Source: an uncultured delta proteobacterium (GTDB lineage: Bacteria; Desulfobacterota; Syntrophia; Syntrophales; UBA5619). From it: 64,000 nt of DNA. Position numbers and translations under genes: made by a program. The notes beneath the pieces are model-generated. The model saw only the letters and a program-made list of their open reading frames with translations. It had not been told where the DNA came from and did no database searches. Positions 32,320 to 41,580 of this stretch are shown here, piece after piece; the stretch's first letter is position 1, and each line of letters opens with the position of its first letter. The stretch covers positions 1 to 64,000 of the forward strand of contig CAWFOM010000025.1 of assembly GCA_963817385.1 (NCBI GenBank), in the 5' to 3' direction.

Positions 32320-32727
32320 GTGGCAAACAAAGAGCTGATTATGGACGAAGAGCTGTTCGAGGACCTCATGCAAAAGCCCTACCGGGCGTGGATCGACCAT
32401 TACCTCACGACAATGGACCCGCCGGAGATGGAGCAGGAGCTCGACGCGTTCGTTGGGGAGCTGCCCGATACGGTCTATGAAGCGATGCCCTCTTTCATGG
32501 ACGCCGCAACGAAGTTTCTGGTCGGTCAGCCCCGGAGCTGGGATCTGCCGGGTTCGAAGGTTGCCTCCATCATCGCCTCCCTTGCCGACCAGAAGATCCC
32601 GGCCGTGGCAAATTTCAGCGGCGATGAACAGGATTCCCTCTATGGGGCTCTCTTCGATGTGGTCACGCTCTTCTTTTCGGTGCGGTCTGCCGAGTCGGAG
32701 GAGCTCCGCCAGATCATGGGAATTTAA
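32320..32727 (+). CDS. Hypothetical protein
   Basis: Acidic 135-aa ORF with a GAGG RBS. Confidence 0.65.
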   Translation: MANKELIMDEELFEDLMQKPYRAWIDHYLTTMDPPEMEQELDAFVGELPDTVYEAMPSFMDAATKFLVGQPRSWDLPGSKVASIIASLADQKIPAVANFSGDEQDSLYGALFDVVTLFFSVRSAESEELRQIMGI

Positions 32728-33017
32728 AGTTTCGCCTCGACGGACTTGATCTTGCCCTCGATGCGGTTCACCGCCCCCTCGCGGTAATCCATCTGGAGCG
32801 TCATGTAGATGCGGCTGCAATCCTTCTTGAGCTCCCTGAAGCAGCTCTCAACGACGGCCATCACCTCATCCCACTCTCCCTCGACGGCGGTGCTCATGGG
32901 CCCCAGCTTGTAGGGGAGACCGCTTTCCCGAATGATCCTCACTGATTTTGCCACATAGGGGCTGACGCTCGTACCCTTGTCGGTGGGAAAAATCGAAAAA
33001 TGAATAAGCACACTCAT
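32724..33017 (-). CDS. MTH1187/YkoF-like thiamine-binding protein
   Basis: FSIFP...SVSPYVA...GPMSTAVEG motif. Confidence 0.88.
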   Translation of the reverse strand: MSVLIHFSIFPTDKGTSVSPYVAKSVRIIRESGLPYKLGPMSTAVEGEWDEVMAVVESCFRELKKDCSRIYMTLQMDYREGAVNRIEGKIKSVEAKL

Positions 33018-33028
33018 GATGCCTCCTC

Positions 33029-33604
33029 TCATTGTTTCATCATCGAGTCCAAAAGGGTTTCCACCGTGCGACACTGACGGCAGGCGATCAAGCCGTTTCT
33101 ATCGACGAGGACCATTGTCGGGACCCCCCGGACGTCGTAAACGCCGCTCACCGTACCTTCTCGGTCTAACAGTACGCGATAAGGCAGTTGATTCTGAGCG
33201 GTGAACTTGGAGACCTTCTCCTGCGATTCCTGGATGTCGATGTTGACGACCTCCAGCCCCTGCTTTGCGTACGTCGCATGAAGGGATTTGAAGTGGGGGA
33301 TCTCTGCCTTGCAGAAGGTGCACCAGGTCGTGCTGAATATGATCAGGACCGGCCGCTTCCCCCGGTGGTCGCTCAGCCGGAATTTTTGTCCCTTCAGGTC
33401 CGTGAGGACGAAATCCGGGGCCTTCTCCGTGAAGTCAAGGGGCTTCGGTTTAGCGGCCAAGGCGCCGATGGGGAGGGCGAATATGCAGGCAACCAGCACC
33501 ACCGCGGCGACCCTGGTGAATCTCCGGGGGAAAAACGCTACCTTTCCTCCGTCCTGCTGTCGTGTTCCTATTCGTACCATTTTTATTTGTTGATGTGTGT
33601 GCAT
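33029..33604 (-). CDS. TlpA/ResA-family thiol-disulfide oxidoreductase
   Basis: APDF, WCTFC CxxC and YDVRGVPT motifs; the true start may be downstream. Confidence 0.88.
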   Translation of the reverse strand: MHTHQQIKMVRIGTRQQDGGKVAFFPRRFTRVAAVVLVACIFALPIGALAAKPKPLDFTEKAPDFVLTDLKGQKFRLSDHRGKRPVLIIFSTTWCTFCKAEIPHFKSLHATYAKQGLEVVNIDIQESQEKVSKFTAQNQLPYRVLLDREGTVSGVYDVRGVPTMVLVDRNGLIACRQCRTVETLLDSMMKQ

Positions 33605-33615
33605 TATCTCATCTC

Positions 33616-34333
33616 CTAAACCCAGAGCATTCCGGCATTGATCAGAAAGTACTCACCCGTACCGAGGAGTATCCAGCCGAAGGTATGACTGATCCGGACC
33701 ATCCATATACCGGACCTCGGGATGCCGGCCAAAAGGCCGGCAAACGTGCCAACGAGGATGAGCAGGGTTCCCATCCCGATGGCAAAGACAAACATCAGAC
33801 TGGCGGCGAAGGCCACGTTCTGCCGAGTCGCCGCATAGCTCAGAACCACGGCGAGGGCAGGCGCCGTACAGGGGCCCATGACGAGGCCCGAGGCCGCCCC
33901 TACGAGGAAACTGCCCGCCATCCCGGAGGTCTTTTTCCGGGATTGAACCCGCGTGATGAAGTTGGGGGTCCGGATGGGGAGGATAAACGCGTCCATCATC
34001 GATAAACCCATGAGGATGCAGATGTTTCCGATGAAGAAATAGGTCCAGGGGTTGGTCTGGATCTGACCGAAGAGCTTTCCGGAGAGTGCGGCTATGGCGC
34101 CGAGGAGGGTGTACGTGACAGCCATGCCCAGGACGTAGATCAGTGAAAGGACGAATCCCCGGCCCCGTGAACCGCTGCCGTGTGAGCCGATGAAGGCGAT
34201 GGTGATCGGGAGCACCGGGTAGACGCAGGGGGTGAAGCTGACCAGAACGCCCCCAAAGATAGACTGCCAGATAGGAGAGCAGAAAAGACCCCTGCAGATA
34301 CCCGGGCAGGCCATTGATCAAAGTGTCCGCCAT
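33616..34333 (-). CDS. ccdA: CcdA-family cytochrome c biogenesis protein; frameshift near 34255
   Basis: SFTPCVYPVLP and GPCTAP motifs. Confidence 0.88.
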
Positions 34334-34459
34334 GCGTTACTCTCCTTCGGTAAATAGGGACAGCGTCCCCGGTAACCGCCGCGTACTGCAGACAGCGTGT
34401 CATTTCCCCGGACGGGTGAATGATTGCTTAACATAAACCTTGGGAAAGGTAAAATCTTT

Positions 34460-35566
34460 CTATTTAAGGATGGCCGCTGCCGTACGGCGGAAGATCCGTG
34501 CCGCCGTCGGTTCAGTTGTCCGGAGGGCGCCGAAGGGGCAGATCTCGATGCAGCAATAGCAGCGGATGCAGCGATCGTAGTCGAAGCAAAACGATTGCTC
34601 ATCCGACGTGATCGCCTTCGCCGGACAGATCTTCCCGCATTCCCCGCACGTGCGGCAGAGAGCCCTGTCGCAGACCGGTCGCTGGAGGAGCTGACGCCTG
34701 ATGAAGCCGTGGAGGAATCGCGGACCATAGATGAGGGGGGTCAGGCGGGGCAGGCGAAAGCCCCGGATTTCGGGGAGGGGGCCGTCGATCTTCGGCTCCA
34801 CCAGGAGGCCCTCCATCTCTGCGGCAGCCTTCAGGATCGGGACCTGTCCCGGGTCGAGACCGATCATCCGGCAGACGGCGAGATCGACGGCAAACGGGTC
34901 TCGCCCGGCCATGAGAACGCCGAGCGTCTTCGGGACGCCCCCCCTGCCGGGGCCTTCCCCCTCCAGGGCTACAATGCCGTCGAGGATGTTGAACGACGGT
35001 CGGATGGTCCTTGCGAGATGGACCAGGAGCCGGGCGAACATCTGCCGGTCGGCGCCGGCCCGCATGTGCCATTCCGGCTTCCGGTAGCCGACGATGCAGC
35101 CGAAGAGGTTCTTGGTGGCGAGGGTGAGGAGCATCTGGCTATGGGTCTTGAGCTTGGCGAGGTTGATGATCGCATCCGCCCGGATGGCGTCCTCGGCGAT
35201 TGCGATTGCACCGAATGGCCCGCCGATATCGATGTTGACCGAATTCTGAAAGGGTCGGCATTCGACATCGAGCCCCTGAAGGGCGTCGCGGATGCCGCTT
35301 ATTTGGAGGATCTTCTCGAAGGATCCGATCGCGGGGCTGTCGGCGACGAACGGTTTCGCCCCTTTTCCCAGGACATACTCCGCAACGATCCGGATAATCG
35401 CCGGGTGGGTCAGGATGGCTTGATGCGGTGCCGCCGGGGAGAGAAGATTCGGCTTGATCAGGACGCGGCTGCCTCCGGGGATTTCGGCCCCCCCCATTGC
35501 CTCCATCATCTCGAAGATCAGCGGTCGGAGCACGGCATGTTCATAGGTTGCATGTCTGACAATCAC
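34460..35566 (-). CDS. DUF362 protein with a C-terminal 4Fe-4S dicluster
   Basis: IKPNL, THP, KLKTH, KNLFG and EGEGP motifs, plus two CxxCxxCxxxCP motifs. Confidence 0.9.
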   Translation of the reverse strand: MIVRHATYEHAVLRPLIFEMMEAMGGAEIPGGSRVLIKPNLLSPAAPHQAILTHPAIIRIVAEYVLGKGAKPFVADSPAIGSFEKILQISGIRDALQGLDVECRPFQNSVNIDIGGPFGAIAIAEDAIRADAIINLAKLKTHSQMLLTLATKNLFGCIVGYRKPEWHMRAGADRQMFARLLVHLARTIRPSFNILDGIVALEGEGPGRGGVPKTLGVLMAGRDPFAVDLAVCRMIGLDPGQVPILKAAAEMEGLLVEPKIDGPLPEIRGFRLPRLTPLIYGPRFLHGFIRRQLLQRPVCDRALCRTCGECGKICPAKAITSDEQSFCFDYDRCIRCYCCIEICPFGALRTTEPTAARIFRRTAAAILK

Positions 35567-35827
35567 GAGGGAACATCGGTCATCAATACTCCTGGTGTGC
35601 GGGTCGTAGAGGGAGGGGATGCATCCCTATCCCCCGGTTTCTTTTGCGCATGGTACCCGAAAATCATTCGACCGGCAATGAAGGATTTGATTTATCAGGA
35701 TCAACGAGGTTCTCTATTTTTTACGGCGGATCAAGGAAGAGTGGGAAATATGGGGAGGGATTGTTACGGAAGGGGAGAAAGGGCGGCAAGAACCGCCCCG
35801 CCCCCCTTCCGCAATTCGCACCGCGCT

Positions 35828-37183
35828 TTATAGCACCTTGAACCCTATGAGCAAGGAAAAGATGCTCATGATGATACCGCTATAGATGAGCGTCACCGTG
35901 GTGTAGCCCATGATGTCCCGGGCAGAGAGGCCCGCGAGTCCGAGGAGGGGGAGCGCCCAGAAGGGCTGGATCATGTTGGTCCACTGGTCCCCCCAGGCCA
36001 CCATCATGGCCGACCGGACCGGATCGATTCCCATCATCTTGGCGGCCTCCATCGTGATCGGTCCCTGGGCGGCCCACTGCCCGCCGCCGGACGGGATGAA
36101 CATGTTGATCACCCCGGCGGCCCAGAACTGGAACATGTAGAAGGTCTCAGGCGACGAGATGGCCACGAACCAGCCGGCGATGACCTTCGCCAGACCCGTC
36201 CCGACCATGACCCCCTGGATTCCACCGTAGAGCGGGAACTGCAGGGCGATTCCCCCGGCCCCCTTGATGGCCGTGTTGACCGCCTTGATGTAGTTGACCG
36301 GTTTGCCGTGGAGAATCACCCCGACGATGAAGAAGATAAAAATGACGATGTTGAGGTTCAGATCGAACCCTTTCGTGGAGAAGTGGTAGTACAGATAACA
36401 GAGGCCCATCAGACCGAAGATCATGTTGATCGCATAACTGTGGTCGATCCGGTCCGCGAGGGTGGGGTTTTGCGGCCTCTCCACGTGCGGACAGTCGCCG
36501 CACAACTCCGTGAGTTTATCTTCCGGGATCGTCTGGATCTCGTCCGCTTTGGGGTGGATCATGGCCATGAGGATCGGTATCGTGACGACGAGCAGGATCG
36601 CCGGCAGGACGTTAAAAGGCTGAAAGATGCTCTGGGAGATGGGCACAACCGCTCCGGTCATCTTCTCGATAAAGTTCTGGGGGAGCTTCGCCGTGGCGAT
36701 GGCCAGGGGGATGGAACCGGAGAGCCCCATATGCCAGACCACGTACCCGCTGTAGGCGGAGGCGATCAGGAAGGGGAAGTCGGCCTGCCTGGTCTTTTTA
36801 GCGACCTGAAGGGCCAGCAGCCCGCCCACGATCAGACCGAAGCCCCAGTTGATCAACGAGCAGATTCCCGTCACGAAGGCGACGATCATCCCTCCCTTGA
36901 CCGGGGTGTTTCCGATCCCGGCAACCCAAACCAAAATCCGGTTGACGGCCGGGGTCAGCGCCAGGCAGTGGCCCGTGACCAGGATCAGGATCATCTGGAA
37001 GGCAAAGGCGACGATGCCGTAGATGCCGTCCCCCCAACTGGTGATCAGCTTCATGAAACCGGCGGGCGTGAAGATAAGGGCCAAAACAGCGGAAAGGAAC
37101 GTAAGCAGGATTGCGAAGAGATAGGCGTCGGGAAGGTAGTGTTTCATCAGGTACGTGAAAAAAGAAGCCAAACGTTTCAACAT
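35828..37183 (-). CDS. atoE: Short-chain fatty acid transporter
   Basis: LPDAYLFA, NWGFGL, WHMGLSGS, PSGGGQW and WGDQWTNMIQPFWALP motifs. Confidence 0.92.
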   Translation of the reverse strand: MLKRLASFFTYLMKHYLPDAYLFAILLTFLSAVLALIFTPAGFMKLITSWGDGIYGIVAFAFQMILILVTGHCLALTPAVNRILVWVAGIGNTPVKGGMIVAFVTGICSLINWGFGLIVGGLLALQVAKKTRQADFPFLIASAYSGYVVWHMGLSGSIPLAIATAKLPQNFIEKMTGAVVPISQSIFQPFNVLPAILLVVTIPILMAMIHPKADEIQTIPEDKLTELCGDCPHVERPQNPTLADRIDHSYAINMIFGLMGLCYLYYHFSTKGFDLNLNIVIFIFFIVGVILHGKPVNYIKAVNTAIKGAGGIALQFPLYGGIQGVMVGTGLAKVIAGWFVAISSPETFYMFQFWAAGVINMFIPSGGGQWAAQGPITMEAAKMMGIDPVRSAMMVAWGDQWTNMIQPFWALPLLGLAGLSARDIMGYTTVTLIYSGIIMSIFSLLIGFKVL

Positions 37184-37286
37184 AGTGATGTCCTCCTTTT
37201 CTTGATTAATATCCTCCTATTTTTAATCGACTGCAGGCGGTCCCTTAGGCCGTCCCGCAGCCCCTCCGCTTTTGGTTCTCCTTCCT

Positions 37287-38063
37287 TTAATGGGCGGTCC
37301 AGCCGCCGTCAATATGCAGGATGTGACCCGTGACCATGTCCGAAGCGTCGGAAGCCAGGAAGATGAGCCCCCCGGTCAGGTCCTCGGGTTTGCAGAGTCT
37401 GCCCAGGAGAATGTTGCCCATAACGTAGTCCCGGAAGGATTTTTCCTCCAACATGGGACGGGTCATCGGCGTCTCCACGAATGTGGGCGCGAGGGCGTTC
37501 ACGCAAATATTGTGCTTGCCCCATTCCAGGGCGAGCACTCGGGTGAGCTGATTGACGGCGCCTTTGCTGGAGCAATAGGCAGACCGCTTGATCAGGCCGA
37601 CGCTGCCGGACTGGGATGAGATGTTGATGATCTTTCCTTTCTGTTGTCGGATCATCACCTTGCCTACGGTCTGGGCGCAGAAGAAAACCCCTTTCACGTT
37701 GATGTTCATGACCCGATCCCAGGCTTCTTCGGTCACCTCTTCGGCCCACTGGGGTACGTTCATCCCGGCGTTGTTGACCAGGATGTCGATGCGGCCGAAG
37801 CGCTCCACGGCCATTGCGGTCATCCGCTCGATCTCCGCGATGATTCCAACATCCGTCGGCACCACCAGCGCCTTTCTTCCCAGGGCCGCTACCTCGTCGC
37901 GCACCTGTTCGAGTTCCGAAAGGGTCCTGCTGCAGAGCACGACGTCCGCCCCGTAGCGGGCGAGATCGAGGGCCATATATCGGCCCATCCCCCGTCCGGC
38001 GCCCGTGACGACGGCCACCTTGCCGGACAGGTCAAACTCCGGGCAGCAAATCCTGTCGTTCAT
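37287..38063 (-). CDS. SDR oxidoreductase (KduD/gluconate 5-dehydrogenase-like)
   Basis: TGAGRGMG, NNAG, YCSSK and DGGW motifs. Confidence 0.9.
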   Translation of the reverse strand: MNDRICCPEFDLSGKVAVVTGAGRGMGRYMALDLARYGADVVLCSRTLSELEQVRDEVAALGRKALVVPTDVGIIAEIERMTAMAVERFGRIDILVNNAGMNVPQWAEEVTEEAWDRVMNINVKGVFFCAQTVGKVMIRQQKGKIINISSQSGSVGLIKRSAYCSSKGAVNQLTRVLALEWGKHNICVNALAPTFVETPMTRPMLEEKSFRDYVMGNILLGRLCKPEDLTGGLIFLASDASDMVTGHILHIDGGWTAH

Positions 38064-38084
38064 AAGCCCTCCTGAAGGGAATCG

Positions 38085-39917
38085 TTAAAGCCCCAATTGC
38101 CGGAGCTTTTCGGGTGTCGGCAGGCCCTCTTCGCTCCAACCCCGGTATTCGTAATAGTCGGCAAGCAGTCGTCCCATTGGCGGCAACTGGGTGGTAATCC
38201 CCTCGCCCTTGCGGTTGTGGGTCAAGAAACGGGGGGGAAGGAAATCGTCCTTCCGGCTGACGCCCAGGCGGGTGTTGAACAGCCGTTTGAGATTGAAGAT
38301 CCGCTCTCCGATCGTCATCAGTTCTCCGATATCCACCTGCCGGCCGGTGATCAGGTTGTACCAGTCGACAATGTTCGTGGCAGTCACGGCCTTCCCCACC
38401 TGGGTAAAACGGCAGATGATCAGGGTATCGTTCATGGTCTGATAGGTCTGCATCTTGGCGGTCATCTCGGCCGTGCCTTCCACCTGACAGGAAGGATGGG
38501 GTTTGTCGAGGCCGATTTCGGACATAAACAGAGCCAGCTCGTACGGATGGCTCCAGCTCGCGTTGTGGCAGGCGCCTCGGGCCGCAGTACCGTAAGACAG
38601 AGCCTGGCTCCAGAACCGCCGCGGATCGTGGGCCGAAGGCTCAAGCCCCTTGACATGCATGGCGAATTCAAGGGCGTTGCGTCCCAGGGCGCGGGCCATG
38701 CGCAGAACCCCTTCTCCCATGAGTTCCCCGATCCCTTGCCGGAGGCCGATTTTCCTGGTCATTTCCACCAGCGCCTCGCCGCTGCCCCAGCGGAGTTCGA
38801 TCCCGTCGGTGTCCGCGGTCGTGATCAATCCCTTTTCGAACGCCTCCATGGCAAAGGCGATCACGGACCCGGTCGACATGGTATCGAGCCCGAAGCGGTT
38901 GCACAGGTCATTTGCCTTGCAGATGGCGGCCAAATCCTGGACCAGACATTCGCCGCCCATGGTGCCGATGGTTTCGTATTCGGGACCCTCGCCGTCCACC
39001 GGCCCATAAGGCCCATCTTCGATCCGGATATGACGGCCGCAGGCGATGGGGCACTGCAGGCAGGCTGTTCTTCCCTTCAGGATAGTGTCGTGCATCGTGA
39101 CCCCGGAGATCTTGACCGCATCGGCCCAGCGACTGCCCCGCCAGTTCTGGAGGGGGAAGTTTCCCAATTTCTCGTAATTTTCCACGCCGCCCGAGGTTCC
39201 GTATTTTCCGAAGGTCTCGGTCGCTTTCCGGACATGGGGCAGGATGGTTTTCATCTGTTCCTTGAGGCCGTCCTCATGGGCCTGTCTGACCGTTTGGGTT
39301 CCGTAGGCCACCATGGCCTTAAGGTTCTTTGAACCCATGACCGCACCCAGCCCGCAGCGCGCCGCCTGCCGGACGATCGTTCCCACGTGGGGAATGCCGG
39401 CGATCCGGACCATCCGCTCACCCGCAGGACCGATCACCGCCGCGCTGGCCTTATCCGTCGTCTGCCCTTTGAGCCACTCGGCCGACTCGATGGAATCCTT
39501 GCCCATGATGGGGCTCGCATCCCGGATCTCCACCCCCCCGTCATGAATCCACAGGTAAACGGGTGTATCGGCCTTCCCGGTCACGACAATCCCGTCGTAT
39601 CCGGTTTTCTTGAAATGGACTGCCCAGGAGCCGCCGACGTTCGACTCGCCTAAGATGCCTGTGAGTGGCGAACGTCCCATGACATGATGCCGGCTCGAGG
39701 AGGGAACCCGGCTGTCGGTGAAGGGGCCGGTCATCGCTGCCAGGATATTCTCCGGGCCGAGAGGATCGGTATCGGAGGTTGTCTCGTCATAGAGCAGCCT
39801 TACCCCCAAACCAACGCCGCCTACATATTTTTCCAGCAGGGAATCATCCAAGTCCCGGACCTCCGTCTTACGTCCGGTCAAATCAACCCTTAAAATCTTC
39901 TTGTGGTAGCCGAACAT
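38085..39917 (-). CDS. aor: Aldehyde:ferredoxin oxidoreductase family (W/Mo-pterin)
   Basis: SPLTG, IGPAGE, GLGAVMGSKNLKA, CxxCPIAC, GPEYET, GLDTMS and RGACH motifs. Confidence 0.93.
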   Translation of the reverse strand: MFGYHKKILRVDLTGRKTEVRDLDDSLLEKYVGGVGLGVRLLYDETTSDTDPLGPENILAAMTGPFTDSRVPSSSRHHVMGRSPLTGILGESNVGGSWAVHFKKTGYDGIVVTGKADTPVYLWIHDGGVEIRDASPIMGKDSIESAEWLKGQTTDKASAAVIGPAGERMVRIAGIPHVGTIVRQAARCGLGAVMGSKNLKAMVAYGTQTVRQAHEDGLKEQMKTILPHVRKATETFGKYGTSGGVENYEKLGNFPLQNWRGSRWADAVKISGVTMHDTILKGRTACLQCPIACGRHIRIEDGPYGPVDGEGPEYETIGTMGGECLVQDLAAICKANDLCNRFGLDTMSTGSVIAFAMEAFEKGLITTADTDGIELRWGSGEALVEMTRKIGLRQGIGELMGEGVLRMARALGRNALEFAMHVKGLEPSAHDPRRFWSQALSYGTAARGACHNASWSHPYELALFMSEIGLDKPHPSCQVEGTAEMTAKMQTYQTMNDTLIICRFTQVGKAVTATNIVDWYNLITGRQVDIGELMTIGERIFNLKRLFNTRLGVSRKDDFLPPRFLTHNRKGEGITTQLPPMGRLLADYYEYRGWSEEGLPTPEKLRQLGL

Positions 39918-39936
39918 GGTATCGTCCTCTTTCCGG

Positions 39937-40200
39937 TCAGCCGCCCGTCGCCGGCAGCAGAACCTTTATTGTTTCGTCATTATCGATCATGTCATCGAGC
40001 CTCAGGAGCCGTGCCTTGTTGAAAAACATAACATGGGCCCAGAGTTCGACATCGGAAACCGAGTGGTCGTGGTGAATCATCTTGATAAGGTCGGGAGGAA
40101 AGCGGCCGATCAGCGCCCGCAACGAGACGGGGCTCGAAATCGAAAATTCGAGTTCCTCTCCTACCACTTTGATAAAAGGATCGGAAAAGAGAAACCGCAT
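39937..40200 (-). CDS. MoaD/ThiS-family sulfur carrier
   Basis: 87 aa ending in GG, adjacent to aor. Confidence 0.75.
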   Translation of the reverse strand: MRFLFSDPFIKVVGEELEFSISSPVSLRALIGRFPPDLIKMIHHDHSVSDVELWAHVMFFNKARLLRLDDMIDNDETIKVLLPATGG

Positions 40201-40211
40201 CCGGATCGTCC

Positions 40212-41372
40212 TCAGAATGCTTTTTCGTACACCTTCTCGGAGTCTTTCGCCGTCATCCTTCTCGGGTTGTTGGCCATGAGGCGCGTAACGTTGATGGAAG
40301 CGGCCGCCATTGCGGGAATGGCTGATCGGGGGATATTGAGTTCGGTCAGCGTCACGGGCATATCGATATCCCGCATGAGGTTCTTGACTGCTTCGACGGA
40401 GCGGAAAGCCGCCTCCACCGGTGACAGGTGCTCCACCCGCTCGCCCAAAAGCCGTGCGACCTCCGCAAACTTGAAGACGTCGCCGGGGGCATTGAACTCC
40501 ATGACATGGGGCAGCAGGATGCCGTTGGCGATTCCATGAGGAACGTTGAACTGCCCTCCGAGCGGATATGCCAAGGCATGAACGGCCCCCACTCCGGCAT
40601 TGGCCAGGGAGATTCCCGCGTAGAGGCTGCCGATCGACATATCGTACCGCGCATCCCGCCGATCGCCCCGGGCCACTGCGGTCCGGAGGCTTTTACCGAT
40701 GAGCCGGATGGCCTCCCGGGCGTACATGTCGGTCAGCGGCATGGCATTCATGGAGGTGTAGGATTCGATGGCGTGGGTAAGCGCATCCATGCCGGTAAAG
40801 GAGGTTACACGGGAAGGCATGGAGAGGGTCAGCTCCGGATCGACCACCGCTGCTCGGGGGAGGATATAAGGGCTGACGATCCCCTTTTTGAGCTTGGCGG
40901 CCGTATCGGTCAATATGGCGTTGGGAGTTACCTCGGCCCCGGTGCCGGCGGTCGTTGCCACCAAAAAGGTGGGGATCCCCTGCTTTTTCAGCAGATTAAC
41001 GCCGAAGTACTCATTCACGCTGCCGGGATTCGTGCAGAGGGTCGAGGTAACCGAGGCGATATCCATGGCGCTGCCGCCGCCGACGCCGACGATCAGGTCG
41101 TACCGGCCGGCCTTGGCCGTATCGATACACTTCTCACAGCAGGCGATATCGGGATCGGAGATGACCTGATCGAAAACGTCTACGGCGATCTTCTGATCCG
41201 CCAGCACCTTTTCGACCTTCGCACTGATTCCCGAGGCGATAATGCCCTTATCGGTGACCAGAAGCGCCTTCTTTGCTTCTAGGTTCCCCGCCTCTTCGCC
41301 CATCTTTTCGAGCGCGCCGAAACCGGCGAGTATGAGGTTCGGTGATTTGAGCATGATCAGTTTGCGGTCCAT
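40212..41372 (-). CDS. Iron-containing alcohol dehydrogenase
   Basis: GGGSAMD, TTAGTG, DALTHAIE and HALAY...PHG motifs. Confidence 0.93.
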   Translation of the reverse strand: MDRKLIMLKSPNLILAGFGALEKMGEEAGNLEAKKALLVTDKGIIASGISAKVEKVLADQKIAVDVFDQVISDPDIACCEKCIDTAKAGRYDLIVGVGGGSAMDIASVTSTLCTNPGSVNEYFGVNLLKKQGIPTFLVATTAGTGAEVTPNAILTDTAAKLKKGIVSPYILPRAAVVDPELTLSMPSRVTSFTGMDALTHAIESYTSMNAMPLTDMYAREAIRLIGKSLRTAVARGDRRDARYDMSIGSLYAGISLANAGVGAVHALAYPLGGQFNVPHGIANGILLPHVMEFNAPGDVFKFAEVARLLGERVEHLSPVEAAFRSVEAVKNLMRDIDMPVTLTELNIPRSAIPAMAAASINVTRLMANNPRRMTAKDSEKVYEKAF

Positions 41373-41467
41373 GGCTAATCCTCCTCGGCATGGGTTAAAC
41401 AGTCGTTCGTTTCCAACGCGGCTATAGATATTTCACAACGGTGGAATTTGTCAATGAAAATGAGAAG

Positions 41468-41580
41468 CCCGGTGATCGTGGCAAATATCTCCCGGACCAT
41501 GCCGACGTGCTCATCGAGCTGATGCCGGCCACCGAGGGATAGCGGCGCCTGTCCGGATGCTTTTGTGTCTCCATGCTCAT
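41468..41580 (-). pseudogene. Possible 5' fragment of a UbiE/MenG-type methyltransferase
   Basis: Its ATG overlaps the thyX stop. EHVGMVREIFATITG resembles the VxxxFxxIxxxYD start of UbiE, then the sequence breaks off. Confidence 0.45.
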
